Assembly (NCBI GenBank): GCA_036276015.1
Contig: DASUCN010000011.1
Coordinates: 16,057 to 80,056, forward strand
Source: Gaiellaceae bacterium
GTDB lineage: Bacteria > Actinomycetota > Thermoleophilia > Gaiellales > Gaiellaceae
Reading direction: 5' to 3'
Length of the DNA: 64,000 nt
Shown here: piece after piece, positions 63,914-64,000 of the stretch
Numbering within the stretch: position 1 is the stretch's first letter
Layout of the letters: every line of letters begins with the position of its first letter
Made by a program: the position numbers and the translations under genes
Notes under the pieces: generated by a model
The model's input: the letters and a program-made list of their open reading frames with translations, nothing else
Databases searched by the model: none
Told to the model about the DNA's origin: nothing

Positions 63914-64000
63914 GCGCGAAGATTCCTAAAGCGCGGACGCTGCGCGCCCGCGGTCGGGGCGACGACACGACCGCCCGGTGATTCCGGCCTACGCTGGGCT

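Overview
This is a very GC-rich window with G/C at most third codon positions and dense coding on both strands. It looks like chromosomal core from a high-GC Gram-positive bacterium (Actinomycetota-like); that taxonomic guess rests on gene content and order only. I found no rRNA, tRNA, CRISPR array, transposase or integrase. The right third (49.1-63.9 kb) is a complete dcw cell-division and cell-wall cluster: mraZ-rsmH-ftsL-ftsI-murE-murF-mraY-murD-ftsW-murG-murC-murB-ftsQ-ftsZ. The remainder mixes housekeeping with signalling genes. Housekeeping genes include tgt, queA, queG, yajC, secDF, hpt, ubiB-like, thiolase, hbd and an aldehyde dehydrogenase. Signalling genes include three two-component pairs or orphans, an ECF sigma factor, a cyclase-ATPase-TPR protein and a fused PafB/PafC-like WYL regulator. 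Many long ORFs in the supplied track are antisense or out-of-frame shadows typical of GC-rich DNA. Many true starts are internal GTG or ATG codons that overlap the upstream stop by 4 nt. The most interesting items are: (1) a translationally coupled three-gene operon (metallophosphoesterase, cyclic-2,3-diphosphoglycerate-synthetase-like, 2-phosphoglycerate-kinase-like), a solute pathway known from hyperthermophilic methanogens; (2) a cytochrome c maturation System I cluster whose CcmE has Cys in place of the haem-binding His (CPSKY); (3) an HtrA / OmpR-type regulator / histidine kinase / LTXXQ-motif protein cluster that resembles a Cpx-style envelope-stress module; (4) a family of near-identical intergenic hairpin repeats, with 4-5 copies including one inside the dcw operon; (5) an array of 14-bp palindromes at about 18-bp spacing; (6) a 10-bp-phased GTGGG repeat array directly upstream of mraZ. 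All functional calls come from motif recognition by eye. No database search was run.
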